A stretch of 64,000 nt of DNA from Vulcanimicrobiota bacterium (lineage in GTDB: Bacteria > Vulcanimicrobiota > Vulcanimicrobiia > Vulcanimicrobiales > Vulcanimicrobiaceae), in NCBI GenBank assembly GCA_963723515.1, contig CAVRQT010000002.1, positions 32,001-96,000 on the forward strand, given 5' to 3'. Below the pieces are notes generated by a model, which was not told where the DNA came from, ran no database searches, and worked only from the letters and a program-made list of their open reading frames with translations. Positions 9,981 to 20,106 of the stretch are shown here, piece by piece. A program made the translations under genes and the position numbers. Position 1 is the stretch's first letter; each line of letters opens with the position of its first letter.

Positions 9981-10786
9981 GTTCCGAAGAGCGCCTTGAA
10001 AAGGTACGTTCCTGTGCTCGGCATGCAGTCGATTGTCGCCGGATTGTACGTCGAAGCCTTCGCGCTCTCGAGCACCGCGCCGTTCAAACGCGGAAACGGA
10101 CTGCTTTGAACGAGCTCGACGCCGAGCGGCTCGCCGCTCGGACTGACGTGGACGAGTGCGACGACGGGCGTCGGGCCTTTCAGCGTCGTCAAATCACCCG
10201 CGTCGGGCTTAACTTCATCTTTGATCGTCGGCGTTTGATCGGGCGCGGCGCAATCACGATGAATTTGCGCGACGACCTCCGGCCGGCTCATCTGTGCATC
10301 CCTCGATGCGGCCAAAATGCGCTCGTTTGCCGCTTGGCGCGCGGCCAGATCGGCGTGCGTCAGACGGCGATCGTTGAAATACTCGTGGGACGCCTTAAAC
10401 GGATCGAGCGGACACGTGATGTCTTGTTGCGCTTCCTCCACGCGCGAGACCCAGACGTAATCGACCCCTCTGGCGCGCTCGAACGAAAAAAAAGTGACCG
10501 TTCCACGGCCGCCGCTAAAGTTGAGATCGTTGAACCTCGTGCGATAGACCGCTCCGTTGGCCGCGATCGACAGCTCGACCGTTGCCGTCCGGGGCGCTTC
10601 CGAGAGCAGCTCGACCCCGAAACGGCGATCGACGGCGCGACGGTAAGCGTCTAAGGCGGAGAATTGCAATGCCTGAATCGCACCGACCGAAACCGGACAA
10701 TACTGAAACGCGACAACGGGTTCGCGCAACGCAAAGACGGCAGCCGCAAGGCCAATCAGCACGACGCCGACGCGTGCGACAAACAT
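9977..10786 (-). CDS. Exported protein with TonB C-terminal domain
   Basis: Signal/anchor MFVARVGVVLIGLAAAVFA. C-terminal VHVSPSGEPLGVELVQSSPFPRLNGAVLESAKASTYNPA. Confidence 0.7.
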   Translation of the reverse strand: MFVARVGVVLIGLAAAVFALREPVVAFQYCPVSVGAIQALQFSALDAYRRAVDRRFGVELLSEAPRTATVELSIAANGAVYRTRFNDLNFSGGRGTVTFFSFERARGVDYVWVSRVEEAQQDITCPLDPFKASHEYFNDRRLTHADLAARQAANERILAASRDAQMSRPEVVAQIHRDCAAPDQTPTIKDEVKPDAGDLTTLKGPTPVVALVHVSPSGEPLGVELVQSSPFPRLNGAVLESAKASTYNPATIDCMPSTGTYLFKALFGT

Positions 10787-10880
10787 GTGACCGTATTTTA
10801 ACGTACGTCGCCGTCGGTTCCGCCTGCGCTCGCTTGCAAATCGAGCGGAACGGCACCGGAAAACCCGAAATGCCACGGCG

Positions 10881-11915
10881 ATGGCCAAGGCTGCCGCATC
10901 GAGCACAGCAGCGACGCAATTCGACCGACAAGGTCTGAGCAACGACCAGCTTCAGAGCATGCTTCGAACGATGCTCATGCAACGCGGGCTCGAGAATCGC
11001 GGCTTTCAATTGAACCGCCAAGGCAAGATTCCGTTTGCGAGTGCGAGCGAAGGGCACGAAGCGGTTCAGGCCGGCGCTGCAATGGCGTTCCGGCGCGGCA
11101 AGGACATTCTCGTTCCATACTACCGCGATCTCGGTCTGGACCTAGGCATCGGACTGACCCCCTACGAGGTACTGCTTTCGCTTTTTGCGCGCGCGGCGGA
11201 GCACTCAGGCGGACGGCAATTCTTGCATCACTACGCGAGCCGCCGCCTCGGCATCCATACGATCTCATCGGTTATTGCGGCGCAACTGCCGCATGCCGTC
11301 GGCGCTGCATTCGCGCTGAAAGCGCGCCGCGAAAGTGGCCGCGCGGTCCTGACAACGTTTGGAGATGGCGCGACGAGTGAAGGCGAGTGGCACGAATCGA
11401 TGAACTTCGCGGCGGTTCATCGGCTTCCGATCGTCTTTCTGTGTGAGAACAACGAATGGGCAATCTCGACGCCGCAGCGCATGCAGATGGCGATACAAGA
11501 CATCTATCGCAAAGCCGAGGGGTACGGAATTCCAGGCGCCGGCGTGAATGGTTTCGATCCGATCGCCTGTTATGGCGTGGTGCGTGACGCCTTAGAGCGA
11601 GCGCGCAGCGGCGGCGGTCCGACGCTCGTTGAAGCGAAGTGCTATCGTTTTCTCGCGCACTCGACCGACGACGACGACACGGCCTATCGCTCGCGCGAAG
11701 AAGTCGCCGAGCGGCGCAAAGAGGATCCGCTTCCCCGTTTCGAGCGCTTTCTCGTTGAGGTCGGGGTCCTGACCGCCGCGCAAGCCGAGGAACTGCGCGC
11801 CGCGGTGCTGGCGCAGATCAACGACGCGACCGACCGCGCCGAGCAGATGCCGTACCCGTTAGCCGAGGACCTTTATACACAGGTCTATAGCGAGCGTCAC
11901 GAGCCGTGGCGGTGA
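10881..11915 (+). CDS. 2-oxoacid (branched-chain type) dehydrogenase E1 alpha, copy 1
   Basis: PYYRD, TPP motif FGDGATSEG...CENN, YRFLAHSTDDD. Confidence 0.92.
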   Translation: MAKAAASSTAATQFDRQGLSNDQLQSMLRTMLMQRGLENRGFQLNRQGKIPFASASEGHEAVQAGAAMAFRRGKDILVPYYRDLGLDLGIGLTPYEVLLSLFARAAEHSGGRQFLHHYASRRLGIHTISSVIAAQLPHAVGAAFALKARRESGRAVLTTFGDGATSEGEWHESMNFAAVHRLPIVFLCENNEWAISTPQRMQMAIQDIYRKAEGYGIPGAGVNGFDPIACYGVVRDALERARSGGGPTLVEAKCYRFLAHSTDDDDTAYRSREEVAERRKEDPLPRFERFLVEVGVLTAAQAEELRAAVLAQINDATDRAEQMPYPLAEDLYTQVYSERHEPWR

Positions 11916-11959
11916 ATAATGCAGCGGCGCGCAGGGCGAATCTCAGCCCTTTGTAAAGG

Positions 11960-13000
11960 ATGGGTGCGATGACGACGGCCTCGGCAGCGGCGGCAGCCGG
12001 CAAACTCGAGCGTTACGGCCTGAGCGACGACCAGCTCCGCGCGATACTGCGCACGATGCTGATGCAGCGCCAGCTCGACAATCGCGGTTTCCAGCTCAAC
12101 CGTCAGGGCAAGATTCCCTTCGCCCTCGGAAGCGAAGGCCATGAAGCGATTCAAGCCGGCGCCGCGATCGCGTTCATTCGCGGCAAGGACGTTCTTGCGC
12201 CGTACTACCGCGATCTCGGCCTCGCCGTGGGCATTGGCTTCACGCCGCTTGAGGTTCTTCTTTCGCTCTTCGCGCGCGCAGCCGATCACAACGGCGGACG
12301 CCAATTTCCGAACCACTATTCTTCCCGCCGCATCGGAATGATGTCATTCTCGTCGATCCTTGCGGCGCAAATTCCGCATGCCGTGGGGGCGGCGTATGCC
12401 CTGCAATACCGTAAAGAAGGCGGGCGCGCGGTGCTGGCCACCTTCGGCGATGGAACGACGAGCGAAGGCGAGTGGCATGAATCGATGAATTTCGCCGCGG
12501 TTCACCGGCTGCCGATCGTTTTTCTGTGCGAGAACAATCAGTGGGCGATCTCGACGCCGCTGAGCAAGCAGATGGGCCAACCGAACATCTGCAAACGCGC
12601 TGAAGGATACGGGATGCCTGGCGAGCAGTTCGACGGCTTCGATCCGATCAAAACATACGACGTCGTCAACCGCGCCATGCAACGCGCGCGTTCGGGCGGC
12701 GGCCCATCGCTGATCGAAGGGATGTGCTACCGATTCCTCGCGCACAGCACCGACGATGACGATCGCACCTATCGCACGCGCGAAGAGGTCGAAGAGCAAC
12801 GCATCAACGATCCGGTGCCGCGATTCGAACGCGCGCTGATCGACAACAAGATTATGACGCGTGAAGAGATCGACGCGATGCGCAAAGATGTGCTGCGCGA
12901 AGCAAATGAAGCGACGGACGAAGCAGAGGCGATGCCGTATCCGCAGGCATCCGATCTGTACACGAACGTTCATGAGGGAGCGTGGCAGCCATGGCAATAG
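11960..13000 (+). CDS. 2-oxoacid (branched-chain type) dehydrogenase E1 alpha, copy 2
   Basis: Same motifs as copy 1 (FGDGTTSEG...CENN, YRFLAHSTDDD). Overlaps the E1-beta start. Confidence 0.92.
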   Translation: MGAMTTASAAAAAGKLERYGLSDDQLRAILRTMLMQRQLDNRGFQLNRQGKIPFALGSEGHEAIQAGAAIAFIRGKDVLAPYYRDLGLAVGIGFTPLEVLLSLFARAADHNGGRQFPNHYSSRRIGMMSFSSILAAQIPHAVGAAYALQYRKEGGRAVLATFGDGTTSEGEWHESMNFAAVHRLPIVFLCENNQWAISTPLSKQMGQPNICKRAEGYGMPGEQFDGFDPIKTYDVVNRAMQRARSGGGPSLIEGMCYRFLAHSTDDDDRTYRTREEVEEQRINDPVPRFERALIDNKIMTREEIDAMRKDVLREANEATDEAEAMPYPQASDLYTNVHEGAWQPWQ

Positions 13001-13992
13001 CGGCGCCTTCCAAAGTGATGACCAACGTCGAGGCCGTGCGCGCGACGCTCTACGATGCGCTTAAGCGCGACGAGCGCGTCTTGATATTGGGCGAGGACGT
13101 CGGCAACCGCGGCAACGTCTTCTTAATCACCAAGGGCTTCATCGAGGAGTTCGGCGCGCAGCGCGTCGTCGACACGCCGATCGCCGAGGCTTCGATCGTC
13201 GGCGTTGCCGTCGGCATGGCGATGGAAGGCTTGCGGCCGATTGCCGAAATTCAGTTTGCGGATTTCATCTATCCCGCGTTCAACCAAATCGTCGGCGAAG
13301 CGGCGAAGATCCGTTATCGCAGCAACGGAGAGTACACGTGCCCGATGGTCATCCGGGCACCGTACGGCGGCGGCGTGCGCGGCGCGCTCTCGCACTCAGT
13401 ATCCGTTGAGGCACTCTTTTACCATGTTCCCGGCTTGAAGATCGTCGCGCCGTCAACGCCCCGCGATATCAAGGGCTTGCTGAACGCGGCGATCGAGGAT
13501 CCGGATCCCGTGATGTTCTTTGAACACAAGCGAACGTACCGTTTGATTAAAGATGAGGTCCCGGCAGAGTACTTCACGATTCCCATCGGCAAGGCAAACG
13601 TGACGAAAGAGGGTTCCCAGTTGACGGTCGTTTCATACGGCCTCAACGCGCACCAGGCGCTCGACGCGGCAAAACGACTCGAGGGCGAGGGATTATCGGT
13701 TGAAGTGATCGACTTGCGTTCGATTCGGCCAATGGATCGCGGCGCGATCCTCAACTCCGTTCGCAAAACGCATAAGCTGCTGATCATCCATGAAGACAAC
13801 AAGTTCGGCGGAATCGGCGCCGAGATCAGCGCGATGGTCGCCGAAGACGCGCTCTTCGAGCTCGATGCACCGATCCGGCGGCTCTGCGGCCCGGATGTTC
13901 CCGCGATGGGTTACGCTTTGCCGCTGGAAGAGGAGTTCATGATCTCGACGGATCGGATGGCCGATGTGATGCGCGAAATGGTGACATTCTGA
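12991..13992 (+). CDS. 2-oxoacid dehydrogenase E1 beta
   Basis: GEDVG, DTPIAE, EIQFADF, DPDPVMFFEHK, EVIDLRS. Confidence 0.95.
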   Translation: MAIAAPSKVMTNVEAVRATLYDALKRDERVLILGEDVGNRGNVFLITKGFIEEFGAQRVVDTPIAEASIVGVAVGMAMEGLRPIAEIQFADFIYPAFNQIVGEAAKIRYRSNGEYTCPMVIRAPYGGGVRGALSHSVSVEALFYHVPGLKIVAPSTPRDIKGLLNAAIEDPDPVMFFEHKRTYRLIKDEVPAEYFTIPIGKANVTKEGSQLTVVSYGLNAHQALDAAKRLEGEGLSVEVIDLRSIRPMDRGAILNSVRKTHKLLIIHEDNKFGGIGAEISAMVAEDALFELDAPIRRLCGPDVPAMGYALPLEEEFMISTDRMADVMREMVTF

Positions 13993-15347
13993 TGCCGACA
14001 ACGATTACGATGCCGCAACTCGGCGAAACGGTCACCGAAGGCACCGTTGCGCAATGGCTCAAGAAGCCGGGTGACGATGTCGAGAAGTACGAGGCGTTTG
14101 TTGAGGTTTCGACCGACAAAGTCAACGCGGAAGTTCCCTCTCCGGTAACCGGCCGCCTGAGCCAACTGCTCGTCAAAGAAGGCGAAACGGTTGCCACCGG
14201 CACTCCGATCGCGATCATCGACGAAGGCGAGGCGCTGACCGAAGGCAGCGCTCCGCAACAAACGCAACCGCAGCCGCAGGCAGCACCGGAGCGCCCGCAA
14301 GTTGCCGCAAGCGCAGGCAATGGCGCGGCACGCGACGGCGCGGCCGCACTGCGCGGCGCATCGCCGGCGGTTCGCCGCCTTGCGCGCGAACATCACATCG
14401 ACATTACGAGCCTTCGGGGCACGGGCCAAAATGGGCGCGTCACGGTTGACGACGTCATGGCAGCGGCACGAATGGGACCGGCCGCCGCAGTGGGGCAAGC
14501 GGTCGCTGCATCCGCCGCACCGCCACAACCGCCGCCGGCACAAGCACCCGCCGCGGCCCGAGCGCCAAGTGCACCGCAGATCCCAACGCCGGCACACCCG
14601 CCGCCGGCGCATGCGCCGACGAGCGAAACCAGCACCTACGCAGCCCCGATTCCGGGCACGATGATTCCGCTCAATCAAGCGCGCAAGATCATCGCGCAGC
14701 GCATGGTCGAGAGCAAGCACAATGCGCCGCACGCGTGGTCGATGGTCGAAGTTGACGTCACCAGCCTTTGGAAGTGGCGCCAGCGCGAGAAGGAAGCCTT
14801 TGCGCGCGATCACGGTTACTCGCTGACGCTTCTTCCTTTCTTCATCCGCGCAGTCGTCGAATCGATCGGCGCATTCCCGTTGATGAATGCACGCTTCACC
14901 GATGAAGGTATTTACGTTCATCCGGACGTCAACATCGGTATTGCGATCGGCCTGGCGACGAATTTGGTCGTGCCCGTCATCAAGCATGCCGATAAGCTCT
15001 CGATTCGCGGCTTGGCGATCGTCGCGGGTCAACTGATCGAGAAGGCGCGCAATAACAAATTGAACGTTGATGATTTAGCCGGCGGCACATTTACGGTCAA
15101 CAATAACGGCGCCAACGGATCGTATGCTTCGGCGCCGATCATCAACGCGGGACAAGCCGGCATCGTCACGATGGAGGCGGTCGTGCGCAAGCCCATCGTC
15201 TTGCGCGACGACTCGATCGCGATCCGCTCGATGATGAACTGCTGTCTCTCGCTGGACCACCGCGTCGTCGACGGCTACGTCGCGAGCGGTTTCTTAGCGG
15301 ACTTGAAAAAACGGTTGGAGGCCATGGGCCCGGATGGCTCGCTCTAA
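13992..15347 (+). CDS. Dihydrolipoamide acyltransferase E2
   Basis: Lipoyl domain EVSTDKVNAE, E3-binding SPAVRRLA...GTGQNGRVT, Pro/Ala linker, catalytic DHRVVDG. Confidence 0.95.
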   Translation: MPTTITMPQLGETVTEGTVAQWLKKPGDDVEKYEAFVEVSTDKVNAEVPSPVTGRLSQLLVKEGETVATGTPIAIIDEGEALTEGSAPQQTQPQPQAAPERPQVAASAGNGAARDGAAALRGASPAVRRLAREHHIDITSLRGTGQNGRVTVDDVMAAARMGPAAAVGQAVAASAAPPQPPPAQAPAAARAPSAPQIPTPAHPPPAHAPTSETSTYAAPIPGTMIPLNQARKIIAQRMVESKHNAPHAWSMVEVDVTSLWKWRQREKEAFARDHGYSLTLLPFFIRAVVESIGAFPLMNARFTDEGIYVHPDVNIGIAIGLATNLVVPVIKHADKLSIRGLAIVAGQLIEKARNNKLNVDDLAGGTFTVNNNGANGSYASAPIINAGQAGIVTMEAVVRKPIVLRDDSIAIRSMMNCCLSLDHRVVDGYVASGFLADLKKRLEAMGPDGSL

Positions 15348-16515
15348 CGCACAGCGGCTCGCGCAGTTCGCTGCGCTGGCTACCGCCCTAGCGTTCGGTT
15401 CAGGAATCGCCCGCGCCGCCGATGACGCGGGCAAACTTTTTGCAAGCGGCAACTTCGATGCGGCGGCCAACGCGTACACCGTCATTTTGCAACGCGACCC
15501 CCAAGACGCATCCGCAAATCTTGGCTTAGGAACGATCGAACTTTACCGCAACCGCCTGACAAACGCCGAATCGCTCTTGCGTAAAGCGCTCGCAGATACG
15601 AGCACGGCATCTCTCGCCCAACGCGAATTGAGCGTTTTGGTACAGCGGCGCGGCGTGGCGGGACAGTACCGGATTACTTATGCAAGCTCCGCGGGCACCG
15701 CCGTGCCGTTTGTTCAAGTCGATCCGCTTCCGACGGTGCGCGTTCGCGTCGGTAACCGCGATAGTTACTTTTTGATCGACACCGGTGCACCCGATATTGT
15801 CATCGATCGGATTTTCGCTCGGGAGCGGAAGCTCAAAACGCAGGCGGCTGGCGTTGGCGTTTTTGCGGGTGGTCAACGCGCCACTGTTTACTCGACCATT
15901 CTTCCGTCGTTGACCGTAGGCGACAGTCGAATTGAAAACGTACCGGCGCGAGTCATGCCTGTCCGTGGGCTCGGTGGACGCTTCCGCATCGATGGGATCA
16001 TCGGCACAGGCTTGCTCGCGCACTTTCTCAGCACACTGGACTACGTGCACCAAAAACTCTATCTACGACCCGGGGCATTCCCGCGTGCGCAGTTGGGCGC
16101 GGCGCCGGAAAAAACGACGGCCGTGCCCATGTGGCTCGTCGGCGACCACTTTATCTTTGCGCGCGGCCGGATCAACGATGCGCCCGAAGCGCTTTTCAAT
16201 ATCGACACCGGGCTCGCCGGTGGTGGCGTTCAGGCAACCAAAGCGGAAATCGATGCGGCGCATATCGTTCTCGACCAAGCACATGCATCCAGCGGAATGG
16301 GCGGCGGCGGCATGGTGAAGTTCATTCCGTTCCAAGCGGTCGTGAGCGTCGGTGAGGCCAGCGTAACGGACGTTCCCGGCATCTACACTCCTGAAGGCGA
16401 TCAGTTCGGAATCTTTCCCTTTGCGGTTGCGGGGACAATATCGCACGAATACTTTCGTCGCTTCGCGGTAACGTTCGACTTTACGAATATGCAACTGATC
16501 CTTCAGCGCCCATAG
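15334..16515 (+). CDS. Secreted TPR plus double retropepsin-like aspartyl protease
   Basis: Signal peptide, TPR-like helices, FLIDTGA with GIIG, and FNIDTGL with GTIS. Confidence 0.78.
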   Translation: MARSNAQRLAQFAALATALAFGSGIARAADDAGKLFASGNFDAAANAYTVILQRDPQDASANLGLGTIELYRNRLTNAESLLRKALADTSTASLAQRELSVLVQRRGVAGQYRITYASSAGTAVPFVQVDPLPTVRVRVGNRDSYFLIDTGAPDIVIDRIFARERKLKTQAAGVGVFAGGQRATVYSTILPSLTVGDSRIENVPARVMPVRGLGGRFRIDGIIGTGLLAHFLSTLDYVHQKLYLRPGAFPRAQLGAAPEKTTAVPMWLVGDHFIFARGRINDAPEALFNIDTGLAGGGVQATKAEIDAAHIVLDQAHASSGMGGGGMVKFIPFQAVVSVGEASVTDVPGIYTPEGDQFGIFPFAVAGTISHEYFRRFAVTFDFTNMQLILQRP

Positions 16516-16522
16516 CCCAACA

Positions 16523-16888
16523 ATGCAGATACGCAAGCAATTCAAGTTTGAAGCGGCTCATCAATTGCCGCATCATCCTGGAAAATGCGCGCGGCCGCAC
16601 GGCCATTCGTATCGTTTGGACGTTGCCGTCCGCGGTCCGATTCAACACGCCGGAGCAGCGGCGGGCATGGTCGACGATTTTGAAGCGCTCGAACACGTCG
16701 TGCAGCAAAAGGTCATCGACTCCGTCGACCATCGCTCTCTCAACGACATCCTCGAAAATCCGACCTGCGAGATGATTTTGCAGTGGATGTGGAAGCAGCT
16801 TCATCCATCGCTGCCGCGACTGGACGAGCTCGTGCTTTGGGAAACTGCAACCTCGTGTGCGGTGATGCAAGCCAATGATCAACAGTGA
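16523..16888 (+). CDS. queD: 6-carboxytetrahydropterin synthase
   Basis: FEAAHQL, CARPHGHSY, DHRSLN, NPTCE, LWET. Confidence 0.95.
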   Translation: MQIRKQFKFEAAHQLPHHPGKCARPHGHSYRLDVAVRGPIQHAGAAAGMVDDFEALEHVVQQKVIDSVDHRSLNDILENPTCEMILQWMWKQLHPSLPRLDELVLWETATSCAVMQANDQQ

Positions 16889-17460
16889 TTCAGCTCAACG
16901 AGATCTTCTATAGCATTCAAGGTGAAGGGGCATTCACGGGAACGCCGGCTGTCTTCGTGCGCCTGGCCGGCTGCAATCTTTCATGCCGTTTTTGCGATAC
17001 GGACTACTCCCTCAAGCAGTTGGCCACGATTGCTGATATTGTCGATCGCGTGCGAAAGATTGGCAATGGTTGCGCCGTGGTGATTTTGACCGGCGGCGAG
17101 CCGCTCGCGCAAAGCGAATGCCTTGAACTGATCGAGGCGCTGCGCGTGTCGGGGTACCGCGTGCACATCGAATCAAACGGGACGATCGCGACACCGCTTG
17201 AGGATGATGTGTGGTTGACCATCTCCCCCAAGGAACGGCTTTCGGACGCCATGGCGCGACGCGCGAACGAAGCGAAACTCATCGTCGATAAGCGCGTGCC
17301 GCTCGAGTGGGTGCGGCACTTTCCCGCGAAGACGATGATCTTCTTGCAACCTGAAGGGAACAAACCGCAGAACGTCGCGCTCGCGTTGGAAGCGCTCAAA
17401 GAGGATCCGACGCGGCTACGACTCTCTCTGCAAACGCACAAGTTCATCGGCGTGAAATGA
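16885..17460 (+). CDS. queE: 7-carboxy-7-deazaguanine synthase (radical SAM)
   Basis: EIFYSIQGEG, CNLSCRFCDT, TGGEP, SLQTHK. Confidence 0.95.
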   Translation: MIQLNEIFYSIQGEGAFTGTPAVFVRLAGCNLSCRFCDTDYSLKQLATIADIVDRVRKIGNGCAVVILTGGEPLAQSECLELIEALRVSGYRVHIESNGTIATPLEDDVWLTISPKERLSDAMARRANEAKLIVDKRVPLEWVRHFPAKTMIFLQPEGNKPQNVALALEALKEDPTRLRLSLQTHKFIGVK

Positions 17461-18062
17461 TCTTGCTGACGTGCGCGGTTGGACGTGAACTTGCGTTCTT
17501 CACGCCGGTGCCGCACGTCGAGATGCTGGTGACGGGCGTCGGTCCGATCGAAGCTGGGATTTCGGTCGCACGTGCGCTGGCACAGAGTCCGTACTCGCTC
17601 GTCATCAATGCCGGACTGGGGGGCGCACTCGAGGGCTGTGCAGAGATTGGCGACGGTGTCGTCGTCTTCGAGGATCGCATGGAGATCGGGCTTGAGGATG
17701 GCAAACCGTTCGCTTTGCCGGACGGCGCCCGCGTGATTGATGCCGCTTCATCGGATCTTTCGCTCGTCGAGCGGCTCGTCGAACTCGGCTACGCGACCAA
17801 GCGCGGCATCACCGTCTCGCGCGTTACAACGACCGAGCAAACAGCGAAGCGTTTGGCGGCATCCCACGCTGAAGTCGAATCCATGGAGGGCTTCGCGGTG
17901 TTGCGCGCCGCGGAAATGGCCGGCGTAGCGGCAATCGAACTGCGCGGCATCTCGAACATCGTGAGAGATCGTGCGCGCAGCGGGTGGAACTTTGAGAAGG
18001 GGCGCGACGGTCTCGAAAAGATTCTCAACGAACTTCTCGCAATCGTTCCGGCGGAGCCGTAA
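17457..18062 (+). CDS. mqnB: Futalosine hydrolase
   Basis: TGVGP, ESMEGFAV, ELRGISN nucleosidase fold; adjacent to mqnD. Confidence 0.85.
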   Translation: MILLTCAVGRELAFFTPVPHVEMLVTGVGPIEAGISVARALAQSPYSLVINAGLGGALEGCAEIGDGVVVFEDRMEIGLEDGKPFALPDGARVIDAASSDLSLVERLVELGYATKRGITVSRVTTTEQTAKRLAASHAEVESMEGFAVLRAAEMAGVAAIELRGISNIVRDRARSGWNFEKGRDGLEKILNELLAIVPAEP

Positions 18063-18893
18063 ATGGAGCGACCGCTCTCTTTAGCCTATTCCCCGTGCCC
18101 AAACGATACGTATATCTTTGCGGCCCTCGCTAATGGTTGGCTTCCAGATGCCCCGCACGTGGACGTGACCTTAGACGATGTTGAAACGCTCAATCAGGCG
18201 GCGCTCGATGGCGTCTACGACATCACCAAAGTCAGCTATGCCGTCCTTCCCGAGATCGGCCCGAGTTACAAATTGCTTCGCAGCGGCGGCGCATTGGGCT
18301 ACAACTGCGGGCCGCTTTTCGTCGCCAGAGCGGAACACCGCCATAGACTGGAGGATTTCCGCGAGGCAACAATTGCGATTCCAGGAAAGAGAACAACGGC
18401 GTTCTTGCTCTTGAGAATGGCGCTTCAGCCGGCAGGCCCGATGAAGGAGCTGCGGTTCGATCGCGTTGCGGCCGCCGTGCGCGGCGGTCAGGCGGATGCC
18501 GGTCTGATCATTCATGAAGCGCGGTTCACCTTTGGAGATGCTGGATTGGTTGAGATAGCGGACCTCGGCGAGTGGTGGTTTGCGCAGACGGCGCTCCCTT
18601 TGCCGCTCGGAGCGATTGTTGCGCGCCGCGGTTTGCCGAACGATGCGCTCGGCCGCATTGAGAGGGCAATCCGCGCCAGCCTCACATTCGCGCGCCGACA
18701 TGAAGATCAAGTGCTCGACTACGTACGGCGCAGCACGAGTGAAAGCGACGTCGTTATTCGCAAGCACATCGCGCTGTACGTCAACACGTTCAGCGAGGAT
18801 CTGGGAGCCGAGGGCGAAGCCGCCGTGCGTGAACTGCTTTCGCGCGCCGCCGGCATTCAACCGATCGAATCAAAAGCCGCACCTTTTGCCTAA
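18063..18893 (+). CDS. mqnD: 1,4-dihydroxy-6-naphthoate synthase
   Basis: AYSPCPNDTYIF, GGALGYNCGP, GLIIHE, PLPLG, HIALYVN. Confidence 0.95.
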   Translation: MERPLSLAYSPCPNDTYIFAALANGWLPDAPHVDVTLDDVETLNQAALDGVYDITKVSYAVLPEIGPSYKLLRSGGALGYNCGPLFVARAEHRHRLEDFREATIAIPGKRTTAFLLLRMALQPAGPMKELRFDRVAAAVRGGQADAGLIIHEARFTFGDAGLVEIADLGEWWFAQTALPLPLGAIVARRGLPNDALGRIERAIRASLTFARRHEDQVLDYVRRSTSESDVVIRKHIALYVNTFSEDLGAEGEAAVRELLSRAAGIQPIESKAAPFA

Positions 18894-20106
18894 ACTCGTC
18901 GCGTCGGCGGCGCTGGCGGTCCTGATGATGCTTCCGTCGGCGCTGCAATCAACTTCGCTACCGCCGGCACGCGTGACCTTAGGCGATGAGGTCTTTTTGC
19001 AAGATGCGTGGCGCGAGCTCAACGGACGGTGCGTCGGCGTGATCACGAATCAAACAGGCGTAACATCGCATCTTGAGTCGATCGTCGATGCGATCAAACG
19101 CAACGCGCATATTTGCATCAAAGCGGTCTATGCGCCGGAGCACGGCTTACGCGGCGATCGTACGGCCGGAGCGTACGTCCCATCGTACACCGACGGCCAC
19201 ACCGGCTTACCGGTCTACAGTTTGTACGGGGCGACGCGGCGCCCGAGCGCCGCCATGCTAACGGGCATCGATGTGTTGCTCTTCGACATTCAAGATGTTG
19301 GCAGCCGCACGTACACGTACATTTCGACGATGGCGTACGCGATGCAAGCGGCGCGCGAGTTTCACAAAGAGATATGGATCCTCGATCGGCCGAACCCGAT
19401 CGGCGGCATGGTTGAAGGGCCGGTCCTCGACCCGCATTTCGCGTCGTTCATCGGGCTGTACTCCATTGCCATGCGGCATGGAATGACGGTTGGTGAACTG
19501 GCGCGGCTCTTCAACGAGCACTTCGGCATCGGCGCAAAGCTCCGCGTCGTTGCGATGCGCGGCTACCGGCATTCGATGCTGTGGCCCGCAACGGGGCTGC
19601 AGTGGGTGCAAACTTCACCGAACATTCCGGAGTGGGATACCGCCGTCGTCTATCCGGCGACAGGTCTGATCGACAGTGCCGGCTTGAACAACGGCACGGG
19701 ATACACTAAGCCGTTCAAATACGCCGGCGCATTAGGCGTTGATGCCGAGCGCCTCGCGCAAGGTCTCAACGCGCGCAATATTCCCGGCGTTTACTTTCGG
19801 CCGGCATACTGGACGCCGTCATCCGGATTTTGGAAAGATAAGGAGCTTTCGGGGGTCGAGCTGGTCGTTTTCGATCCGCATGTCTTCCCGGCGGTGCGAA
19901 CGGCGGTCGAGATTCTTGCTGCCGCGCGCAACCTCGCGCCCCAGCTACTGAAGATGGATAGCGCGGCTCTCGATCGCGATTGGGGGACGGATCAACTTCG
20001 GCTGCGCCTGCAATCGGGTGCTCCGCCGAGCGCGATCGTCAACGGTTGGGCCGCAAGCAGGCAGTCCTTCGAGACGCTGCGCAAACACTATCTGCTCTAT
20101 CCATGA
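18886..20106 (+). CDS. namZ: Exo-beta-N-acetylmuramidase NamZ family (DUF1343)
   Basis: Signal peptide from TTG 18886. GVITNQTG, APEHG, FDIQDVGSRTYTY, LDRPNP, RHGMTVGELA, TSPNIP. Confidence 0.9.
   Translation: MPKLVASAALAVLMMLPSALQSTSLPPARVTLGDEVFLQDAWRELNGRCVGVITNQTGVTSHLESIVDAIKRNAHICIKAVYAPEHGLRGDRTAGAYVPSYTDGHTGLPVYSLYGATRRPSAAMLTGIDVLLFDIQDVGSRTYTYISTMAYAMQAAREFHKEIWILDRPNPIGGMVEGPVLDPHFASFIGLYSIAMRHGMTVGELARLFNEHFGIGAKLRVVAMRGYRHSMLWPATGLQWVQTSPNIPEWDTAVVYPATGLIDSAGLNNGTGYTKPFKYAGALGVDAERLAQGLNARNIPGVYFRPAYWTPSSGFWKDKELSGVELVVFDPHVFPAVRTAVEILAAARNLAPQLLKMDSAALDRDWGTDQLRLRLQSGAPPSAIVNGWAASRQSFETLRKHYLLYP

Noticed and set aside
14460..14660. Pro/Ala-rich low-complexity stretch
   Set aside because: It is the ordinary flexible linker of E2.
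13911..15032. Long antisense or alternative-frame ORFs (also 6741-7607, 9785-10654, 40109-41041, 42988-43992)
   Set aside because: They are shadows of well-supported genes in GC-rich DNA, Arg-rich and without motifs.
16400..16522. preQ1 riboswitch upstream of queD
   Set aside because: There is only a 7-nt gap and no A-rich tail or aptamer stem.
16523..17460. queDE as part of a dpd DNA-modification system
   Set aside because: There are no dpdA/tgt-like or other dpd genes nearby; ordinary queuosine synthesis is the simpler reading.
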